64,000 nucleotides of DNA from Bugula neritina. Its lineage: Eukaryota; Animalia; Bryozoa. Made by a program: the position numbers and the translations under genes. The stretch spans positions 13,887,133 through 13,951,132 of the forward strand of contig OZ037771.1 in the NCBI GenBank assembly GCA_964035545.1, given 5' to 3'. Positions 24,234-39,300 of the stretch are shown in pieces (the first letter of the stretch is position 1; every line of letters starts with the position of its first letter). The notes under the pieces are model-generated. The model was not told where the DNA came from. It saw only the letters and a program-made list of their open reading frames with translations, and ran no database searches.

Positions 24234-25841
24234 TTAGAAGCATAAAGTTGTGTATAAAGCAGTCTTGGCCTTGTTGATATATCTGTTAGCATATGTTGTA
24301 GTACTAGTCTTAGTTTTTGTAGCTATTGATTCTAATTTGTTCATTAGTCTCGCCAGTACAACCATCTTCTGTGCCTGGAAGTTGTCCATGTCAGGCCTTT
24401 TGGATAACTCAAAACATTTCAGTAACGGTATCACTGATTTCTCCCCATCTCCATTTTTCTCCATCTAAAAATATTTTTTAGTAATTTTATTGTTTTCATA
24501 AAATTGGCTTCAAATTCGCCACTGTAAAGTAATCCATGTCATTGAATGCCGAGAAGTTATGTTCTCTTGACAATTTCACCCTCGCTCCCAAACCAAAATT
24601 TAATAATAAAATTGAAGAACTCATGCTATCTCAATTTCTATACTTTAACTGTTCCTATAAATGGAAAAACTACAGCCCATGTTGTTGCATTAGTCTCTAT
24701 GTATGCAGGAGTCTCTATAGTGTAATGGTTAGCAAGTGTTTGATTCCAAATGGGGGTGGGGGGCAAAGGTTCTTACACATGTCAAATAAATTAGGCTTCA
24801 GATTCGGATAGATTCAGATAGACCCTATTTATTTATTTTGGTACAATATATATTTTATGGATCCTTTGTTTGTTATGTAGCACAAACTTATTAATTTTGC
24901 ATATTCTATACTACCTATTGTTTGAAAAAAATATTTCGTTAATAAAAATTCCTTAAAATTAATGTATAATATTGTTGTATTACTGTTTTTTGTCTCGCAA
25001 ATCTGTGAAAAGTGGGCTATTATTCCAAATACTTTATATTAGCTATTATATCTATTAGCACATTAGCTATTTAGCAATCAATACAACAGTTATATACATT
25101 ATTACCAAAATAAAAAATAGCATTCAACTGGGAAGCCTCTATCTGGGATGAAACCATTTCAACAACATAAAAGTTTACAGGCAACAAAAGTTCCAGTTAT
25201 TAAAGGGTGTAGTCACTTTTATAGGTTGATTGGATATTTGAAACCAGTTTTACTTTCAATTCTATGGTGCTTTAGAGCCTAAAGAAACTTAATTGGCTAC
25301 AAAAGTTATAATGTAAGAGTTACAAAGTTTCTAAACCATGTTAAATTTAGCAGGGTTGCCTTTACGAAAACTTGGGAATTGGGAAATATAGCGCTGTATA
25401 ACAAGTCAAAATATTCAAATACTGAAGCAAAAGTTAATCTGCAAATAAGGCAAAGGTTTACATATCTAAGCCTTACTTGACTATTCTAAATGTTCATAAA
25501 TATTATCATAAGAATAGTAGCAATAGTAGCTACAAGTGTAAGAAGTGTATAGTAGTAAAACTCAAATGCAGTCTGCATAATTGTGTCATAGCTTTATACT
25601 ATTTAGTACAAAATTGTAGAATGTTGCATAAAGTTAGGATAAAACAAAATATAAATGATGTAACATTTACCTCTTCAGTGAATACTAATAGATTTTCCAC
25701 CAGCTCACTGATATCTTCAGTTTCTATAGCCAATGTTCTAAACTGTTCAACATTTTCCATGAGGGAGGGGTACTTCACCTGATTGGCCCGTCCCAATATA
25801 AGTAGAATTTGTTCCTCTGACGATAGTACAGCTCCCTCCAT
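24234..25841 (-). CDS. Small uncharacterised protein (~133 aa, 2 coding exons) with probable upstream non-coding exons
   Basis: Exon 25841-25671 (MEGAVLSSEEQ...FTEE|gtaaat) joins in phase 0 to tttttag|ATG GAG at 24464 through to the stop at 24234; further exon-like segments with good splice sites at ~26782-26888 and ~26975-27089. Confidence 0.5.
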
Positions 25842-27893
25842 GTTATACTAGAGTAACTATTAGTATATCATTATATTAATTAAGTATATTAGGAGGTAGC
25901 ATTGCTCGAATTCTTAGTTAGGTGTAATACCATCATAAAATAGCTACAGAATTCAGTTATACAGCTACACTGTGTATATTGACTAGCAAATCTCGTAAAA
26001 ACAGCTAATACACCAATTTATTTATGTTTGTGGTTTTCACGCTTGAGTCAGGTATTGTCTCAGGTGAGGGCTATTTAAAGTTCACTTTTACTCCAACACT
26101 GCCAAAATATTATTGTTTGGAATCCCTCGGGCTAATGACAACAGATTTTAAAACTGAAGTCAACAAAGTAGAAATAATGGAGAACAGCTTTACCCTGATC
26201 TCACTCATTGTTGAGATTGTATGCTTTTATATATTTTGTTTACTTGTGTAGTTATTTATCCCAACTGCTAATTCATTTGCCAAAAAGTGAGCTATAATAC
26301 ACTAAAAATTGAAATGCGTTTCTTTTATATGTGAAACTGCATACCACTCTATATAAGAAGATTAAAAAAAATTGCAGATGGAGAAATTAGAAAGATAAAA
26401 CTAAAAATAATAGTCATTGCAAGTAATGTAATTGCAAAAAATTGAAATACGAAAATGCTTTTCAAATACTCAAAAGCTTTTCTAATATATACTATATACT
26501 ATATACTCGTTGCTATGCTACAAATTTTTTAGCCTTAGTTGTGCGTATACTTTATATCAAACATCACATGATATTTTTACATGCATACGTGCAAGTAAAA
26601 TAGCCTTGTTATATCTATTTCACATTAATAGAAAAAGTTTTCCTCTCAAAATTCTAATGCAAAATTTCTACTATTTAACTCAATTACTCTAATTCATAAA
26701 AGTTAATACAACTTTTTAATCTGTAAAACTTACAACTTTCAACTCAACAAACTTACACTGTATGTAAAGTATGTTACTTACTTATGAAGTAGGTGTAAGG
26801 GTCCCAGCTAGTCGTGTGAGTACGGAGAAATGTGCAGTGCAAAGTGCAACAGTTTCAAAGGTGTCCAGCATATAATTGGTGTATTTATCTGCAACTCAAT
26901 TATCATATCCATAACTAGATGAGTGATAACCCTTTGTACCCTCAGATAAGCTCTCTGACTACTTGTTCACTCAGCTGTTGGTAGTTTGGACTTTTAGGAC
27001 GGATTTTATTGAACTTATGATTGCTTTTGTTTTGCCTAGCTCAAGTAGGTGTAGTACATTTAGGGGCAGTAGTGGAGAAACCCTTTGTTCTACATTAGAA
27101 ATGGAGCAAAAGAAGCTATGTTTTTAAAAAAATTTAAACTTCAGTGGAAAAAATTAAAAGATTTAGACTACTAAAACCTTTCAACCATAGAAATCTAGCT
27201 GCTAGCTGTGATAATTAGAGGAGCTGGTAAATTGTCATTGTTATGTAATCATTTAGTTCACAGCTTCAAATAGATTGTGTTAATCTGTTAAGTGCATTTA
27301 TGCAATTCATATTACGTTCTAGTGATGTTTGAACTTAAAGGATTGCTCAATCTTAGTTTATTACAATCACATTATAATTATGAACTATAATTTAATGTGT
27401 ATGCAAACAATTGTGACTTTGCAAAGGGATATGTGCCTAGAAAACAGCTTTTCAAAATTCCAATTTTGAGGGCGGTAAAATTTTCAGCCATGAAAAAGAA
27501 TAGCCTAATACGTGACGTGTGAACGCCAGTAACTATGCTGCACGTGCTAACTATAACGCTAGTATTCAAGGTTGCTGAGCACAATATCAACCAATAGCGC
27601 TCAAGCAGTTACAGTGCGCTATATAGGTCAACTTTGGTGCGCCCGTAATATTGCACAATCTGACCTAGTTTAGATCGATCGCAGGCATTCATCCTAAAGA
27701 ATGCATGCTTTTGCAATGCTTTTTTCTAATGGTTACAAGCAAAATATAGCCTAATGTTATTACATACATGTTATTTAAAATGTCAAAAAACTATAGATTA
27801 AGAGAATTCACATTTGCACTTCTATAAATATACAAATTACGAGCTGAAAGATCACATCTCACAGTCATATTTCTATAGTTATTCATTTGTATA

Positions 27894-27903
27894 GTCACGT
27901 GAC
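27894..27903. promoter_or_regulatory. Perfect GTCACGTGAC (CLEAR/USF-type E-box)
   Basis: Exact palindrome upstream of the small minus-strand gene; further CACGTG/TGACGT sites at ~27510-27546. Confidence 0.45.
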
Positions 27904-28966
27904 CAGCAGGAATGCTGGCGCTGTTACGTCACAGTTCCCAGCTCATTTCAAAATCGGCGTTTTGGCTGTTACCAATCTACACCCTCAACTTCAACTAACT
28001 TTTTCTACCTTTGGTCAAATGCTTTTTGTCAATGCATGCTTAGAAAAACACAATATTATGTGTGTTTGACCTAAATGGCCATTTATTAGACAAGATAGAG
28101 CAATCCTTTAAGAAATTACATGTAATGACACCCAACCAGCTGGTTAAAGTGCTAGACGTTCACAATGAATATTGATAGCTACATGTTTGTATCGGTTTTG
28201 TGTTAGTGTCTGGTTGCAAGATATGCTTTAACTACTAGCCAACTTGGCAACAGGTTTTTAAGTTTATTTACTCTCAAATCGTACCCTATAAAAATGGGAA
28301 AAAATAGAAATTGTATAAGTAAGTAGTAACAATATAAATCAAAAGTCAGAGAAACACCATGAACATCACAGAACCAAACAAATTGACATGATCTATTATA
28401 ATTCTAATAAAACTTACAATATTGATGCATAGATAAACTTCTTAGCCATCACAATGCCAAAACCGATGGTCTATTCTCACAAAGAGTGTAAATATTGGAG
28501 TCTAACTGTGTGCTCGTATAATGCTAAAAATGCTCCTCTCTGGCGGTTTGATTATGGCACACTGACTCATGCAGTACAGTGAATTATAGCACTAGCCCTG
28601 CCAGCTACTAATAGCTTTGGTGAAAGCTTTAAAGCCTGAAAGCTTTAATGCTTGGTGGCATACCAATACATCTTGGTGGCATACCAATACAATGTTTTCA
28701 TCTGTAGCTATAAATTTATCTGCACTGGAATATTTTTAGATAAGATGCAAAAGCAGTTTCTGGTTATCTAATTTTAATAATAACTATAGTTAAAGTCATC
28801 TATTATAAAATTTACAGAATGTTTTAGAGATTTTTTCTTTCAGTTTATATGTTTTGTTTATTTAATTTGAAAAATCTAAAGACAATTTTATGTATAATTT
28901 GTAATGATTTTAATCAGTTCCAGAAAATTGCTGCCCAAGGTAACATTTTCTACCACAATACAACTA

Positions 28967-29455
28967 GGTTTCATCCCACTTAGACGATTCCCACTTGGGC
29001 GCTATTTTTATTTTGGTAAAATATATATAGTTATATACATATATAACTGTTGCATTTACTGCTAAACATGAAATAAGCTACTAAGCCAGCTATTTGCTTT
29101 AACTCAATACTAGCTACAGTTTATTTTATTCAGAATAACAGAATAAAATGCACAAATACATTTCATGGTATATCACGTACTGCTATATTACAACTTTACT
29201 GTGCCATTTTTGTCTAGAATCTCTTTAAATATACCACTTAATAAACATATTTGATTTTTTTCTTAATATATTTTGTCTATCTATCTTTTACCTTCAAGTT
29301 TAAGGTTTGTGCAAGATGGCTTCTTATAGAAGCATTGTTACTGTAAGTGGCTTGCTGGTGGCTTCTTTGCTTGCTAATATGTGCTAAACAATAGCATAAA
29401 AATAATACGTATATCACACTAAAATCTATAAATATCGTCTAAGTGGGATGACACC
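28967..29455. mobile_element. Non-autonomous DNA transposon (MITE) with 22-nt terminal inverted repeats
   Basis: GGTTTCATCCCACTTAGACGAT ... ATCGTCTAAGTGGGATGACACC (1 mismatch); target-site duplication not evident. Confidence 0.75.
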
Positions 29456-29480
29456 AACATATCAGCCATGCAACTGTTCT

Positions 29481-29595
29481 ATACCTGTCTCACTTTGCTC
29501 ACACCTGTCTCACCTAACTCATACCTGTCCCACCTAACTCATACCTGTTCCACCTAACTCATACCTGTCCCACCTAACTAATACCTGTCTCACCT
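29481..29595. repeat. 20-nt minisatellite TACCTGTCCCACCTAACTCA
   Basis: ~5-6 copies. Confidence 0.9.
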
Positions 29596-30352
29596 TAATT
29601 TTTACATTACAGTCCAGGAGAAATTATATAACTTGGCATTAAATTTTCAGCATAAATTCTAAATATTGCATTAAGCTCATTATATATGCATGCAATTATG
29701 ATGGCAGAGAAAGCTTCATTTATAAATTTTCATTCACAGCATAACAGAGTCTAATTATAAAAACGCTGTGTAGTAGTACCAATAATTTTAAAAGCTATTC
29801 TACTTCTATAGTAATAATATATTATGGTGTGATTTGAATAAAAACTTGTTTCAGTTAGTGCTAAAAGGCAAATATTTTCGAACTCATGAACCTTCGGAGC
29901 AATGGACTTTCGGAATAATAGATGATCCATCCGGACTTTAAATGTGCAGAAATGGAGAACTTGAAAAAGTCCAACTAGTTCTAGATAGGAAGCATACTCA
30001 CATAAATTACGTTACTGCAAGAACTTCAACCTACACCCTATATAACAAAAGATTATTACGAACAAACTTGAGCTACTGAAATGACTCCATTTCAACACCT
30101 AAGTAAGCTTTCACAACTAATTGATGAATGAGTCACAACAAATTTATTTCAGTTTTGAAGTTCAAAAATTTAAAAACTATTGAGTATTTAATACCTAGAA
30201 AAATGTAGAGCCTATATCAAAATACTGTATATAAATAAAAAAACATTGTCAGATAATAAATTATAAATAAAACAATATAAATAGCTTTTTATGAAAGAGA
30301 GTAATAGCAGTAGAAACATGGGCAGCAGGTAAAAGCTCATTAATGACTAAAG

Positions 30353-33300
30353 CTACTTTGATGATGTCATTGGTTCACTAGAGAATATTTGTACAGTAGG
30401 TGGTTCTGCTGATTGGCTGTTATCAAGGATAATAGGCTGACTGCTATTGGCTGCTGATTCCGCCTGGCATTTCCTTAATTCTTTCTGATTGGCTATAATT
30501 CTCAGTCTCTCTTCTTCCGCTGCCTTCTCTTTCCTTTCCCTCATAGAGTCAGCAACCAGTTGTATGCAAGGTCCCAAAGGTGTTGGCTCAACCATGTCAC
30601 TTCCTGTTCAACACACAAAGTAATATTCCAGTCTAGCAACTAATATGAGAGAACAACTTCAAAATACGAAACTATCTGCTGTGATTTTCAATACTACTGA
30701 TATCACCTTTATAACACAAATGCCTACCCCCTCCATGGTATGTCAACAAATGATACAAATTTTATTTAGCCATATTTCATTCCTATAAAAAATTAAACGC
30801 TGCTAATTATTGTTTAAAATGGGACTTGGATGATTTAAAATTTCCCCAAAATTAAAAAATAATAATTTGCCACAGTTTATAAAAAAACACAATGCAATGC
30901 AGAGGAAAAATATTCCAATACTTTGGTAAAGGGCCTACCTAGCATTTTCATGGCGTCTTCCCCGTCTACGATCGGGTGAAGCCAAGTTGACTTCCTGTCA
31001 TTGATAATGCCAGTACCCTCCGGTTTGTATATTTCAAACACGATGTCCAACACTTCTCTCTTCTTGAACGTCGTCTTTTTGCTTCTTGGTTTACCTGTAT
31101 AATATCAGACTTATGTCGTGAATTACATAACTATTTGTTTACAGTAAATAGTTTATTGATGTAAAACTAAAATTGTACAAAATAAAAATGAAATTTAGTA
31201 GCAAAAAAATAACATATACTACCACTTTTTCGTTTAAATATTTGACTTTTTTTACCTAAATAATCTAAAAACAAAAATAGTGATTAAGGAAAGTTTTTGT
31301 AAAATTGAGACTCAAAAAAAAAATGGTTTATTTTTTTCACGGTTTGCTTTCAGCAAATATGTTATTAATCTAGAACCAAATTTGTACGAAAGAGAAATAC
31401 AAATTAGCAGCAATCAGTATACTACAGCACAAAGACTGAGGGGAGGAGAGAAGGTAACCCGATAACAATGTTTTGTTATAAACATACAAAACGAATAAGC
31501 ACAAGAAAAACATAAAATCAGCCTCCTGTAACATAATTGGTTGCCTACCTTTAAATACTAGGTCTATGGCATGCTCTATCTCGTGATTGGCTGGCATTAG
31601 GTCACACTCTCTGAAGAACTGAACTATCTCGTCTTCTTCCAGTTCCCCGCCGAACGCTCGTCTATCAAACACACTCTCGTACCCTAAGATATAACCAAAC
31701 GTGTAAACTGATGCGTCATCTGATGTCATTTGACTCAAAAACCAACTTTTACCTACTTTATAACAATATTTTTAAAGTAAAATTACAATTACTTAAAAAA
31801 AAGACAGTTTTTCCCAATACAAACTGAGTTTACAGAATAATTTCTTCTTTTCTTAGTTTGATTTTTATTCACACTGAAAGCTGACATACTTTTCTTCTGT
31901 GACATAAACTTCTTCATATGCTCCAAGTTGATAACAATTTCTGGCTTATCGATGCCGCGTCTGTGCAGGATCCTCTTCAAGAACTTCTTGTAGTAACTCA
32001 CCCACTCGGCCCACGTTGAAGCGTGGTCTTTTGCCTACAACAGAAGTAAAATCGCTAAAACTTAACCTTGAACTAACTGGTTTACATCTTAAAACAATTA
32101 AAGTTATATCAATGTTAAAAATTAAATTAATTCGTTTTGATTGATTTTAGAATATTTTAACAGAAATAAAAATTTGGCTAGAAACTGTCTTATCCTCCAG
32201 TGCTATTGACCTCTAGAGTTTGCATAGAAATGGGACAAGAAACAGTTAAACTACCCACAAACCTTTTCTTTGAGGACATTGAGGTACTGACGACACTGCA
32301 TGCCACGCACATGCTTCTGAATAACAACTATGGCTTTGTCAACCTCCTTCTTAGAGGCACCATACTTGAGAGGGTGATAGGCACTGTAATGAAATGTTTC
32401 TATGAAACACATTGAGGTGTAGCATGGAAAAGTGGTCTACACACTACAACCTGGTTTATATAGTGAATCAGCTTTCCATGGAACATGCACAATGAAGTAT
32501 AGTAGCATGGAAAGGTAGTCTATATTATATTATAATCTAGTTTATCTATAAAATTTATAGATTCCTGTATTTTATAATCACACTTCTATGGCTCTAGTAA
32601 CATTCATAATGAATGCAACAAAAAAATTAATAAATAATTGTTTATTCCAACCAATTAAACATGGTATATAAGCAGACAACTCCAGAAAAGCAACTGTTGG
32701 TAAATAATGACTTCAAGAAGAACAGAGAAAACGGGAAATAATTAGCAGACGATTCTGAGGTATAATTTATTACCTGTAAATTTCTACATGCGGACCAATA
32801 ACTGATATAGTCTCTTTGCTTTCTTGTTCTTGCCTTTTCATTCTAAAGAGCAAAATTAATGCAGCCTGCTGTACAAGCAAATTAAACCGTGATAATAAGT
32901 CTACACCAGTTACTAGGACAATAACATTATAGTATTCATTATTTCCCCTGTCATTTTAAACAGCTGACGGTGTACTCAAACCATGCAATAAGAAAGTGCG
33001 CACAACAATACAACAGACTTTGTAATACAGACTTCCTTTAAATATAGTGAGTAAACATGACACAAAGATAGCTAGAAGCCAGAAAACATGTTACATAAAT
33101 ATACATATGTAACTTTTTTTTGGATTATAGGTTTTCTATATACAAATGCACCCTCACGCACACATTAGAGTACAACACTCACTGTTCTATCTCAGCCATT
33201 CTTTTGCTTTCTCTTTGAGCTTCCTGTTGCAGCTGCAAAGATTTAAAGTCCTTGGCCCGCTGCAAGGTCACTGGACTCACGGTTGGTTGACTGTAGATCT

Positions 33301-36300
33301 GCTTTAATCTGTTCCTGTGTTGTCTCCAGGACCTGGAAAATAGAAGAGGTTATCTACAGCAAACATGCTACAGAAGAGTAATATACAGCAAATATGTTAC
33401 AGAAGAGGTAACCTGGAGCAAATATGTTACAGAAGAGGTAACCTGGAGCAGATATGTTACAGAAGAGGTAATCCACAGCAAATAATTCATACAATAATTT
33501 TTAGTCGTAGAATAAAAAACTTACCTTTGTATTCTGATTGCAGATATCCTTTTATTCTCCTGCTCAGCTCGATAATCCCGTCGCAGATTCAAATAGACTT
33601 TGCGACTGACATAACCTCGGAATATTTTCTGTATGCTGACAGCTGCCGCTGCCTCTTTCTGTCTCTGCGTGTCAGCGTCTACCTTCTCCCAGTGCTCTGT
33701 CTGCCATACATTACAAAACTTTGAGAATGACAAACTTTTGTTAATTGTAGTTTTATCAGTAAACTTTTATATATATCGAGTGCAAAGTTCAAACTTTGAA
33801 CTTTAGAGTTACAGAAACTGAATATTTTGAGTTGTGAAAGTGATTTTCGTATACAAGAAGTTGGGCTAAAGATTTAAAGCAAAGTAATAACCAGTAAATG
33901 TGTAACACATATAAGTTAAATGGAGTTGTCATTCCATACATACAACATGGTGATCAACTAAACAGTATAAACATCAGGGTTCAGGCACATTGAAAGCTGT
34001 TTGCTCAGTTGTTGAAAGTGAAGATACTTAAGAATTCTTTGCTTTCAATTTATAACATCACAACAATCCCAACATTTCCCTTTCTGTTATACTGGTAATC
34101 TGCAACAATAATACTTTCCGCAGATCAACACACCTTCATATACTGTGGAATAGGTCGACTAGAGCGTGGATTAGATGCAGACGACAAGCTAGACTTGGGT
34201 CTCGCTGAGTTGCACCTCTGTTCGGGCGGGTGGTAACTGCCCTCCTCATTAGACTCAGTTATAAAAGCTGGTGAGGTGCAGAGCTGTTCTATTGGAGTTT
34301 GAATGCTGCAGTATAAAACAAAGTGGTTAAAAACAAACGTAAAAATTGCTTCTGCGGTTAAATTAAAAGTAAAAAAAACAATTTTTCAAAATCTAATGTT
34401 GAAGACCACAGGAAGCATCGTCTAACTGACGAAATACAAACATAGAAAAACCAAAAGTAACCTTTCTCTATCGAACTTGATTGCGTTATGCACTGAAAGG
34501 TCATCTTGAGTGTGTCGGAGGTCAAGGTGAGAAGACATCGGACGCACGTCAAGATAAGAAGACAACTTCCCGGCGTCCTCTCTCTTTCCATCCTCAATAT
34601 ACACGTCTTCCGCCCGCATCCCTTGAACTATGCAGACGGGACATTATGTTAGAGCAGGATAGAATAGATGTATAGAATATATTTAGATGTATAGAATAGA
34701 TATAAATATATAGAATATATATATGTATAGAATAGATATAGATTATAGATGTATAGAATACATATAAATGTATAGAATATATATAGATGTATAGAATCGA
34801 TATAAATATATAGAATATATATAGATGTATAGAATAGATATAGATGTATAGAATAGATATAAATATATAGAATATATATATATGTATAGAATAGATATAG
34901 ATGTATAGAATATATATAGATGTATAGAATAGATATAGAGAACCTTTCTTGAGATACTCCAGGGGGTTGAGCTGCCGGTGCGCGCTCCTGTCGTGTTCCC
35001 CGCTGAAGGGGTGATTGCGAGTCAGCCTGGGAGATCTGCAGCCGAAAGCACTGTGTACGGAGGGTATAGACGGGGCCGTGCGCATCGGCTGAATTATAGC
35101 GTTAGGATTCGTCTTATCAGTTGATGTCCTCAGCTTCCCAGCAGACTTGGCGGCTTCTCGCGGTTTGTTGAAGTTTCCCTGGAAAACACTTGATAGTCAG
35201 AATATACAGAATATATAGAATATACAGAGCAGCCGTGGTCTAGGGGTTAAAGCGTTTGCTTTGTGAACACGAAGTTGTGGGTTCGAACCCCGACAAAGGC
35301 CATTGGTGATGTTAGGAAGAGCATCTAGTCATAATTGCTCCTGTGCCTCATTTAAACAAGTCCTTAGCCCGTTCTAGCAAAAACCCTTTCCATCAGGGGT
35401 TTCTCACAGGGATAGCGACTATAAACTTGCGTGAGTTTTTTTATAGAATATACAGAATATATATAATACATAGAATATACAGAATATATAGAATATACAG
35501 AATATATAGAATATACAGAATATATAGAATATACAGAATTTATAGAATATATATAATATCCAGAATATATAGAATATACAGAATATACAGAATATAGTAT
35601 ACAATATTATATAGAATTACATTATAGTTTCAACAGAGAATAGGTTCTGTAAGCAGATTTCCTGTGATGATAGAATGAGACGTAATTGGAAGTTATAATT
35701 CTACCATATAGAGTACAGTTTACATGATAAGTTATTTAATGCTTTGTAAATATTAATGTATCATAATATTGTGCTGAATAATCAGTGGGTATTAACACTA
35801 GTAACCGCAATGCAACACTAGTAAGCACAATGCAACACTAGTAACCACAATGCAACACTAGCAACCACAATGCAACACTAGTAACCACAATGCAACACTA
35901 GTAACCACAATGCAACACTAGCAACCACAATGCAACACTAGCAACCACATTAATAAAATACAAAAAGTGTGTCAATATGTATAAAACTACTTCAGATAAT
36001 TATTGTAATTAGAAATTTTAAGAAAGTGCGCCATAGCATAGCACACAATACTGTAGCATGCAATAGTACAGCACACCATAGTATAGCACGCAATAGTAGC
36101 CTACAGCACACTATAGCATACACATATTAGCATAACACACATTAGAATAGCACACAATAGTATAGCACATAGTATTAGCATAGCACACCATAGCCTAACA
36201 ATCTAAACTTAGTATATTCTAAAGTAATGTAGGCAAAATAAATCATCTTACCATGTGAAAAGGAGGCTCGAAGCTGATGGCTGTGACCGCCCTCTCAAGT

Positions 36301-39300
36301 CCACTGGTGTTACTATTTTTAGCACTAGTCACTGTCCTTGACCTGCCCGGGGACTTCTCCCTGAGCACGCCCCCTCGTGGAGTAGGGTAGGCGGTGAACT
36401 GGAACAGCGGAGAAGGCACCAAAGACTTCATTAGCCTCATCCTTGATAACTGTTTCTCAGACTTGAAGTTTTCATCCTCGCCTTCGTTCCCCGATACAGA
36501 TACAGCATTTTTCTATAAATATGGAAAACAACATTATCATCAGTAAGAAAGTTTTTTGAACCGATAAACTTCAGAAATATCCGATAAAACAGTTCTACAA
36601 ATGCAGAATTGGAAAAAAGTTATGCGTGGCGTGACGTGGATAACTCCAAATTATGTCTTATCCCATGCAGAAGTAAAGTTGGCAGAGATGCATGTAGTAA
36701 GAGAGTTTGAGAAAGAGTCTACGGAAGTGTTGGTGATGCACAATTTTTTTTAAAAATGACGCTAAAGACTCTCAGTAAAAGTAATGTACTGCAGCTACAC
36801 AGTAACTATACACTAAGGGGTATTATAGCTACATACTGTGGGAGTTGTTTCCCCGCACTCTTCATGGTTCACATTAGCTGCAGGCAGTGAGCTATCTTTA
36901 GTCTTGACTGATGATGCAGGAGTATTAGCTCTCTCCACCCTACATGAAATGGAGGCATAACAATAAGGGGTGGATCCATCAACCCCCTTCTTATCCCCCA
37001 AGCAACTCTCTTATAACAACAGTCAAGAAATATGCTTTTAACTTTTTGAGTAAGTCACTTTACACAATAGAATATTTCCTATCGTCAACAAAACTTTACC
37101 AAAAGTTTCTCTAATCATAGTTGAATCATTCAACTTGAAACTATAACTTCAAGATATGTAATGCAGTAAACTTTATTTCCAGCTATAATGTCAAAATTCA
37201 AATCTCAAAAAACAAAATTCTTATTTCGAGACAAAACAGTAAATCATGAGCTGATTTTTGCTGCAAGTATAAAACAATCAAAGTAAACGATAATTAATTA
37301 TTTCATCTGATAAGTATAAACTTGCAAATTATTCATTTACAAGGTTGCAAATCCTTCAAATAATGAAGACAGAGTGATTCACAACACAAAGCTGGTCATG
37401 CTTCAAAGACAATCAGTAAATTGAAAACCAAGAAATCATACTTCTACACATGATTGGAGTAATTTATACCAATATTCACGCAAAGGAAAAAATAAAAAAT
37501 TAAGACTAAAACTAAATTTATGGTTGCTTTTTTCACTCACCTGACTTCGTGTTTACTCTTGTACCTAATTCTCTCAAGGTCGGGTGCAACTGAGTTCACT
37601 ATAGTAAAATACTCTACAGGTTGGGGGCTAGGTGAACGCCCCGCACTGTCTTCAGCCATGAACGGATAGGATTTGGGAAGAGGTTCGTGCTCATACGGGT
37701 AACTATTATACTCGTATATACTGGTGGGTGGTAAGGTCTCATCACAGTGCAAATAGTCTAGGTAGAAATTCCCATAGTGCTCTGATAGGCTGCATAACAA
37801 CGGTAGTGCATAGGTAAAGGGATACAAAGGGGGACAACTCACAGAAATGTGAAAGAATATGGAAGACACAACAATGCTAAGTGCTACAAGAATTTTTTTC
37901 ATCTAAACTCACTTTTAAATTCATTTTGAATCACAGATAATCATCAACAGAAAATGCCTGCAGTATGCATAAGCAAATCATTGTGATGAAAGTTAAATCA
38001 CGTTTGTCCAACTCATAAATTTAGGAATGGACACTGCATACAGTATCTGATCTTCACATCTCATTTTTTAATGATATTCACTTACCTCAAACTTTTATAC
38101 CTAACAGATAGTTATATAATAATTAGAAAAAACAAACAGATCTGACTTGCTCAAAACTTTGAAAAAAATATTTATAATAGATTAAAATTTCAATATAAAA
38201 TAAAGAAATATGACGCTAATTTAAATTTATAAAAATTGTGTCTTTAGTTTTTTTACATCTAAATTTCCAAACTATAGAGCATGCTAATGATGTACCTAAT
38301 GTCGGGACGATGGCGTCGTGGTGCGACAGTTTTTATGTTGGATACAGACAGAAGAGACTTGGTAGTTTTATCATCTAAACCGGAGAGTGTGTTGCTAGCA
38401 GCTTGCGGGATTCTCTCACTCTCAGCATGGCACTACAAGCACAACACAACGTCAAACGCCTGCAAGCGATCCAACATATTATCACTATGACAACTACAGT
38501 AACTGTGACTGTGATTGGTCTATAGTGATATTCAGTCATTCTATTCTTATGTTATATTAGTCAGTAGAAGGGGTTGAACCCTTATGACAAAAATTGGATA
38601 AGCGAATAAATTAGGCAGCCAGTTAGAGTAAAAAAACTGAAATAGTTGATAGCAGCCACTGGCAATATACTGTAAAAAGTAAAGATTAAAAAAGGCGCAC
38701 GACTCCATTGGTAATCATGTCAAGGTCAACGCTTCAAAAAAGCAAATAGCTAAAGCATACTTGATCCGGTTTTGCTTTGCTATGCCACGTAACTGGGGCA
38801 GTCTTTGGTCTATATCCCGCACTGGCCACGCCCACAGAACGACCTTTAGCACCTTGTAACCTCGTGAAATGTCGAGCATAGCTGTGGGATTTGAACACTT
38901 CCTGTTGACTAGAAAGACAGTAAATATTTGTGAACACCAAAAAAACATTTAATACTATACTCTATAGTGTAATATACTGTATAGTATGAGAAATCAGTGT
39001 GATTTTGCTCCACCCAATCGCGTTCCCCGAAACAAATACTAAATGCAGAAGAAACACAAAACTTAACACATGGGAGTTATTCTTTTATGTGAGAGATATT
39101 ATGAGATAATTCAAAAGAATATTTATCCTCGAACCAAGAAGAATAATTCTAAAGGTCATAATCTATAATTTCTTTTATGATTAACTTATTCAACGATTCC
39201 AAAAGAATATTTCGACAACTTACGAATCTGAACAAGTTGGAGTTACTTGCCCTCTCCAGTCCACTATGGAATAGGACTGAGAGTTTGTAGGACTACCGGG

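Noticed and set aside
35227-35302. Functional tRNA gene
   Set aside because: Acceptor and anticodon stems pair poorly and it continues into a body shared by dispersed copies, so it is a SINE head.
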